Shown piece after piece: positions 59,437-64,000 of a DNA stretch of 64,000 nucleotides (position 1 is the stretch's first letter; each line of letters opens with the position of its first letter). The notes below the pieces were generated by a model. It was not told the origin of the DNA. It saw nothing but the letters and a program-made list of their open reading frames with translations, and searched no databases. Where the stretch lies: NCBI GenBank assembly GCA_963761725.1, contig CAVXHP010000006.1:637534-701533 (forward strand), given 5' to 3'. Both the position numbers and the translations under genes were made by a program. This DNA is from an uncultured Cytophagales bacterium. GTDB lineage: Bacteria > Bacteroidota > Bacteroidia > Cytophagales > Bernardetiaceae.

Positions 59437-59898
59437 ATGCAACAACTTATTTACGAAGATTATGATAAGCCAAATGATGCTTATTATAAGTTATATGTAG
59501 ATACTACTGACAACTATTTTTACATTGATATTGGAGGCGATACGAGTCTAGAATTTGACACAAAGACTCATCTTAGATTTTTGGAAGAAGTTGAGAAATA
59601 CCAGTACAGCAACTTTGTGTTTAATCTTACAAATCAAAAGTCATCTACTGTAAAAGGACGTATCTGGTTTGTGTCTTATGTTATGAAAAAAGGGTATAGA
59701 ATACTTAGAGGCAAAAAAATGAGAGGTGCAGTACTAAGCTCGTCCAATTCCTTACAAAGAGCTGTTATTTCTATCTTGATGAGTTCTGCAACTCGTGTTG
59801 TTCCTAATGCTTATATGAAGTCATTCGATTCTAAGTCATTGGAAGAAGCCATAAATTGGATAAAAGCAGGCAAAGAAGAAACGTTACTAGCAAGCTAA
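59437..59898 (+). CDS. Hypothetical protein
   Basis: ORF only. The ATG at 59437 is preferred over the TTG at 59380. Confidence 0.35.
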   Translation: MQQLIYEDYDKPNDAYYKLYVDTTDNYFYIDIGGDTSLEFDTKTHLRFLEEVEKYQYSNFVFNLTNQKSSTVKGRIWFVSYVMKKGYRILRGKKMRGAVLSSSNSLQRAVISILMSSATRVVPNAYMKSFDSKSLEEAINWIKAGKEETLLAS

Positions 59899-60221
59899 AA
59901 TCAGCTACTTTATTTTATCTATTTTGATGAAAAATGTTTTTTAAACTCCCACTTTTATACATTAACTTTATCTGCGAAAAGGAGAAAAGCAAATGTCATC
60001 TATTGAGTTTTATAGATTCAATAAGAGAATATCTGATAATATGACATTTTGAGTGATAACAAATGTTTGTCTATCATTTTTCTGTCGTTTTTTGTCATTT
60101 CTCTGTTTTAATTATTTTTGAAAGAAAAACAAAAAAAACAGAGATACTACATCATTCGCTAAATTACACTACCTAAAAAAGTAGTCTATTTTCCTATAAA
60201 ATTATAGTACCAATTACTATT

Positions 60222-61358
60222 TTATTCATTCAAAGGAATTACTTTTCCAGGTCTTTGCCTATCAACTACTCCTTCTTCTACCAGCATTTGTTGTATCTGT
60301 TCGGCTTTCTTTTTACTCCAATAATTTCCATACAAGATTTTGAATGTAAAATCAGGACCATAATGGTCTACCTCTATATAAGCTTCTCTGTAACCAGCTT
60401 CTATAAGTCCTGCACAAAACTCTTGAGCTCCTTCTTGTTCTGGAAAATCTGTTAGATGAATTACCCAACGCCTTTTATCAATTCTATGTCCTTTATGGTC
60501 GTACATAAAATCATTTTTAGGGTCAAAGGGTTGATAAGGTGGATAAAAAGTTGCAATTTCTAGTACTTTATTGTCTTTCTTGAAAGGCATAAACCAATCG
60601 TATTGAACCACAGAAAATGCTTGTATGTCTTCATCAACAGGTTTTACATAGATATAATAGGGATTTCCGTCTTCTTCTTTTTCCATTCTTGCAAGCTCTC
60701 CATTTACAGTTGGTGTATAAACTGTAATGAGAATATTCAAACGGCGGTCATCTTCTGGAGATTCTACAAAACTTTCAGGGGTTTTGGGAAGAGCTGTCAG
60801 TACATCCATTTTTCCATCAAAATTGAAATCACCAAATGATTCTATTCCTGGTAAAATACTATTGAAAGCATAAGCAACTACTTTGTCTGGATTTGTAATA
60901 TCAAATAAATTATAACACTTAAAACGACATCCTTTTGTCATACATTCTTCGCTAAGTGTATAAAAACAAAGGTATTTCCTTCCCAAGAAGTCAAATTCAT
61001 AGACATCTAAAAAAATACTTAAATATTGAACCAACGAACGCTCAATACTACAATAAAATTTGAAATGTTGCCCATTTATATAAACGCCTGTTGGAGCAGG
61101 ATTAATAATTGGATGAAATTGTGGACCATTGAGAACATAAAGAGAAAGAGGAATACTTGACCCTTGATAATCCGTAAAACTAGTATCACTCTTTTCTCTA
61201 GGAAGAGACGGAGTAGGTTGCATCGTAATGGTAATAGGCTCTTGACTAAGCTGTCCTATTTGATAATCTTGTGCCGAAGCAGAATGTACAAATAAAATAA
61301 AGGAACCAATAAATAAAACAAATGCGATTATATTTTTCATAAACTTCGCTTTTTTCAT
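60222..61358 (-). CDS. Secreted hypothetical protein with conserved Cys motif and SPOR-like C-terminal domain (paralog A)
   Basis: Signal peptide. Shared block with the next gene (YLSIFLDVYEFDFLGRKYLCFYTLSEECMTKGCRFKCYNLFDITNP). C-terminus (AGYREAYIEVDHYGPDFTFKILYGNYWSKKKAEQIQQML) resembles SPOR peptidoglycan-binding repeats. Confidence 0.5.
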   Translation of the reverse strand: MKKAKFMKNIIAFVLFIGSFILFVHSASAQDYQIGQLSQEPITITMQPTPSLPREKSDTSFTDYQGSSIPLSLYVLNGPQFHPIINPAPTGVYINGQHFKFYCSIERSLVQYLSIFLDVYEFDFLGRKYLCFYTLSEECMTKGCRFKCYNLFDITNPDKVVAYAFNSILPGIESFGDFNFDGKMDVLTALPKTPESFVESPEDDRRLNILITVYTPTVNGELARMEKEEDGNPYYIYVKPVDEDIQAFSVVQYDWFMPFKKDNKVLEIATFYPPYQPFDPKNDFMYDHKGHRIDKRRWVIHLTDFPEQEGAQEFCAGLIEAGYREAYIEVDHYGPDFTFKILYGNYWSKKKAEQIQQMLVEEGVVDRQRPGKVIPLNE

Positions 61359-61513
61359 GTGTAGTATACTAAGCAGATTTTTATAGTATGATTATTATAA
61401 CAATTTTAAGGAGGCTTTTTTTAGTATTATCTTTAAAACGCTAAGTTAGCTGATTATGGTATAGAAAATAAAAGTTAAATAGTAGATTTAGAAATCTGTA
61501 TTTAAAACGTATT

Positions 61514-62629
61514 TTAGAACTCCACTTTCATATTTATCACTTTTCCATTTACTCCTGCTTTTTTCAAATCTAGCTGTAGTTTTTGTATTTTTTCTCTATT
61601 TTGATAATTGCCTGCCAAAACTAAAAAATGCAAATCTCTATTGTATTGGTCTATATAAACAAAAACATCTTCCAAACCTCCTTGCATCAAGTATTCGCAA
61701 TAATCCAAAGCTCCCTCTATTTCATCAAATTCTGCTACTTGCACAGCCCAAAGATTTTGAGCTACTCGGTAGCCTTTTGCATCATACAAAAAGGGTTCTT
61801 TAGGGTCAAAGGAAATATAAGGAGCAAAATAAGGGGTAATAGGAGCAATTTTTCCAGATTGGTCTTTTAATGGAATAAACCAATCATTTTGTACAATCTC
61901 AAAGCCTGAAAACTCTTCGTCTGTTGCTTTTACAAATAAATAATAACTGTTTCCTTCACGTTTTAAATCAACTGCTTTTCCTTCCTTATCAAATGAAAAA
62001 ACAGTAACAAGTCCATAAAGCAATCTATCTTCTGTTGGAATTTTGTCTTCTGCAATATTAGGAGGAAGTTGTGTAGCTACACGTATAAAATCCATTACGC
62101 CATCACTATTGTAGTCTCCAAATGTAAAGGTTTCGCCATAAACACTTGCAAAAGAATTAGCAGTTACATTTTTTGGGTCTGTAACGTCAAACAAATTATA
62201 ACAACGGTACAAACAACCTTTATGCAAACAATCTTCTCTAAAACTAAAAAAACAAAGGTATTTTCTTCCCAAATACTCAAATTCATAAATATCTAAAAAG
62301 TTGGAAATATTTTTCTTACTTCCTCTTTCAGAATCACAATAAAAATTATACTCTTTTCCATTTATTAAAAGTCCTGTTGGATTTGGATTCAAGATATGAT
62401 GATACTGAGGTCCATTGACAAAATAAACCGAAAAGTCTCCAAACAGACCCGAATAAACTGTCAGTGTAGTATCTCCTTTCTCATCAAAACCTGAAGGCAA
62501 AGGGTGTGATTTTACTTCTACCTGCTCCTGCACAAGCATAGGGAAGGTGTAAATAGCTTGTGCCTTACTAAGTTGAGTAGAAATTAGAAGAAAGAAAAAA
62601 GAAATGAATAATAAAGTATATTTTTTCAT
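61514..62629 (-). CDS. Secreted hypothetical protein, tandem paralog of 60222..61358 (paralog B)
   Basis: Same architecture and conserved Cys block (FLDIYEFEYLGRKYLCFFSFREDCLHKGCLYRCYNLFDVTDP). Confidence 0.5.
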   Translation of the reverse strand: MKKYTLLFISFFFLLISTQLSKAQAIYTFPMLVQEQVEVKSHPLPSGFDEKGDTTLTVYSGLFGDFSVYFVNGPQYHHILNPNPTGLLINGKEYNFYCDSERGSKKNISNFLDIYEFEYLGRKYLCFFSFREDCLHKGCLYRCYNLFDVTDPKNVTANSFASVYGETFTFGDYNSDGVMDFIRVATQLPPNIAEDKIPTEDRLLYGLVTVFSFDKEGKAVDLKREGNSYYLFVKATDEEFSGFEIVQNDWFIPLKDQSGKIAPITPYFAPYISFDPKEPFLYDAKGYRVAQNLWAVQVAEFDEIEGALDYCEYLMQGGLEDVFVYIDQYNRDLHFLVLAGNYQNREKIQKLQLDLKKAGVNGKVINMKVEF

Positions 62630-63022
62630 AGTATATTAAAGGACATTTTTAGAATTATCAAACAGATAGTAAATAGTTTGAAATAAGAAAGTTTAAAAAA
62701 TGGAATTAGAAATAGTGTTTTGTATTCTCTAATCAAAATTATATATCCAAAATACGAACCAAAAATTTTATTTGCATTTTTTCAATCTTATTTGAGCTTC
62801 AATTTAGCCAAAAATATAAAAAAACAGAAAACCTATCTCTTCAAAATTATTTCTTCAAGACTTTATTATAAATAAATTCGGTAGTGTTAAAGATGTAATG
62901 CTGCAATTCTAAAAATCTGTGTTTTATTCGTTCAATCTGTGTTATCTGTGTTCTATTTTTTATTTACAGCATTACTTGTTATAGACTACCATAAATTCTA
63001 TTTACTTATTTACTATCTATAC

Positions 63023-63556
63023 TTACTCTTTGTTTTGTCTCTGACTTTTATAAAATGTAGTCAATTCTTTTACACGCTGGTCAAACGTTATTTTTTCTGC
63101 ATCAAACTCTTCTAAAACTACTTTTGAAAAAAATTCTTTGATATTTTCGGTGTGATTTGTTCTTCTTCCATTAGTAAGATTGATAAAAACTAATTTCATC
63201 CAAAGAAGTGATTTTAATTGTGTTTCATCTTTGTTGAGCATTCGGCATTCGATCATCAAATTAGAATCGTCATAGAATACGCTTGCCGTTCGAATTACAA
63301 TTTCTTCTCCATACACAGCAGAACGCAAATAAGCTAGTTCTTGCTTTTGTACTACCCAGCCTTTTTTTTCTTCATTGATGAAATCTACCAATTTCCAGCC
63401 ATAATCGTAGGTAACTTGATTATCTCTTCCATCAAGAAAATAATCTAAATAGCGTCCGTTATTGAGGTGTCCGTAAGGGTCACAATCTTGGAAGCGAACA
63501 AGGAATTCAGTTTTTGATAACGGATTTATTTTGTGGGTAGGTTGAGGGAGTTGCAT
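63023..63556 (-). CDS. Hot-dog fold acyl-CoA thioesterase (YbgC/4HBT-like)
   Basis: VRFQDCDPYGHLNNGRYLDYF matches the 4HBT thioesterase active-site region. Confidence 0.7.
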   Translation of the reverse strand: MQLPQPTHKINPLSKTEFLVRFQDCDPYGHLNNGRYLDYFLDGRDNQVTYDYGWKLVDFINEEKKGWVVQKQELAYLRSAVYGEEIVIRTASVFYDDSNLMIECRMLNKDETQLKSLLWMKLVFINLTNGRRTNHTENIKEFFSKVVLEEFDAEKITFDQRVKELTTFYKSQRQNKE

Positions 63557-63875
63557 AACTAATAAAATGAATGATTTGAATAATTTATAAGTTTACAAAA
63601 CTACCTAATTTTGATTGAATTTTTGTGTTTACGATTCTAAAATTAAAATTCTTTATTTATTTTACTACACTACCCAAATCTTATAAAGCACACTAAAATC
63701 TATAGACGATTAAAATCATGTTTAATTTTACTCAATTACTTAAAAAGAAGTAAACCCTACAAATAAAGTTAAATTTTAAATAAAAAAATTAGTGGATTAA
63801 TTTGTATAATAAAACTTGATAAGCTAACTTTGTAGATACTATTTTTTTACAATTTAATTCAAAAACAAAGTTATT

Positions 63876-64000
63876 ATGAAAGTATCTCAATTCTTAGGTT
63901 TTGCTAAAAAGCCTTTTTCTATATCGTTCAAATTAGCAATGGTATTGTTTATTTTGGCAGCTACCTTTACATCTTGTGATAGTGATAAAGAAGATCCTAT
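63876..64000 (+). CDS. Putative lipoprotein, 3' partial (runs off window end)
   Basis: ATG at 63876. Lipoprotein-like signal (MVLFILAATFTSC). Open to the end of the window. Confidence 0.35.
   Translation, partial: MKVSQFLGFAKKPFSISFKLAMVLFILAATFTSCDSDKEDP

Overview
This is a low-GC (about 30%) chromosomal segment, most likely from a Bacteroidota (Cytophagia-like) genome. Supporting features include a PorV-like T9SS outer-membrane protein, DUF4293 and DUF2147 proteins, a LytS/LytTR pair, a SusC-like TonB-dependent receptor and many TPR/OmpA proteins. Housekeeping genes (nrdB, pyrF, htrA/degP, a solitary nuoH-like gene, PolX remnants, FAH hydrolase, thioesterase) are mixed with a large set of signalling proteins. 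Four genes appear disrupted into adjacent ORFs: PolX, the TonB-dependent receptor, a COG1373 ATPase and a FemAB-like GNAT. There is also one IS630-family insertion sequence. I found no rRNA, tRNA or CRISPR array.

The non-coding DNA is unusually structured. (1) A 240-280 bp MITE-like element with perfect 16-bp terminal inverted repeats and 6-7 bp target-site duplications occurs four times, always in promoter regions. (2) Heptamer microsatellites (AGTTATY, AATTCGT, GGAGAAT) sit at convergent gene ends. (3) There are several families of REP-like palindromes and nested inverted repeats.

Candidate novel or accessory modules: (a) a 1126-aa sacsin/NOV-like GHKL (HATPase_c_3) ATPase giant protein next to a split DUF4143 AAA ATPase, on an Asn/Lys-rich island; (b) a WYL-domain regulator plus Pol-beta-superfamily nucleotidyltransferase pair with direct repeats in the promoter; (c) a compact three-gene operon with two paralogous ~60-aa proteins; (d) two large sensor proteins whose output is a PP2C/SpoIIE phosphatase rather than a kinase; (e) a tandem pair of paralogous secreted Cys-motif proteins.
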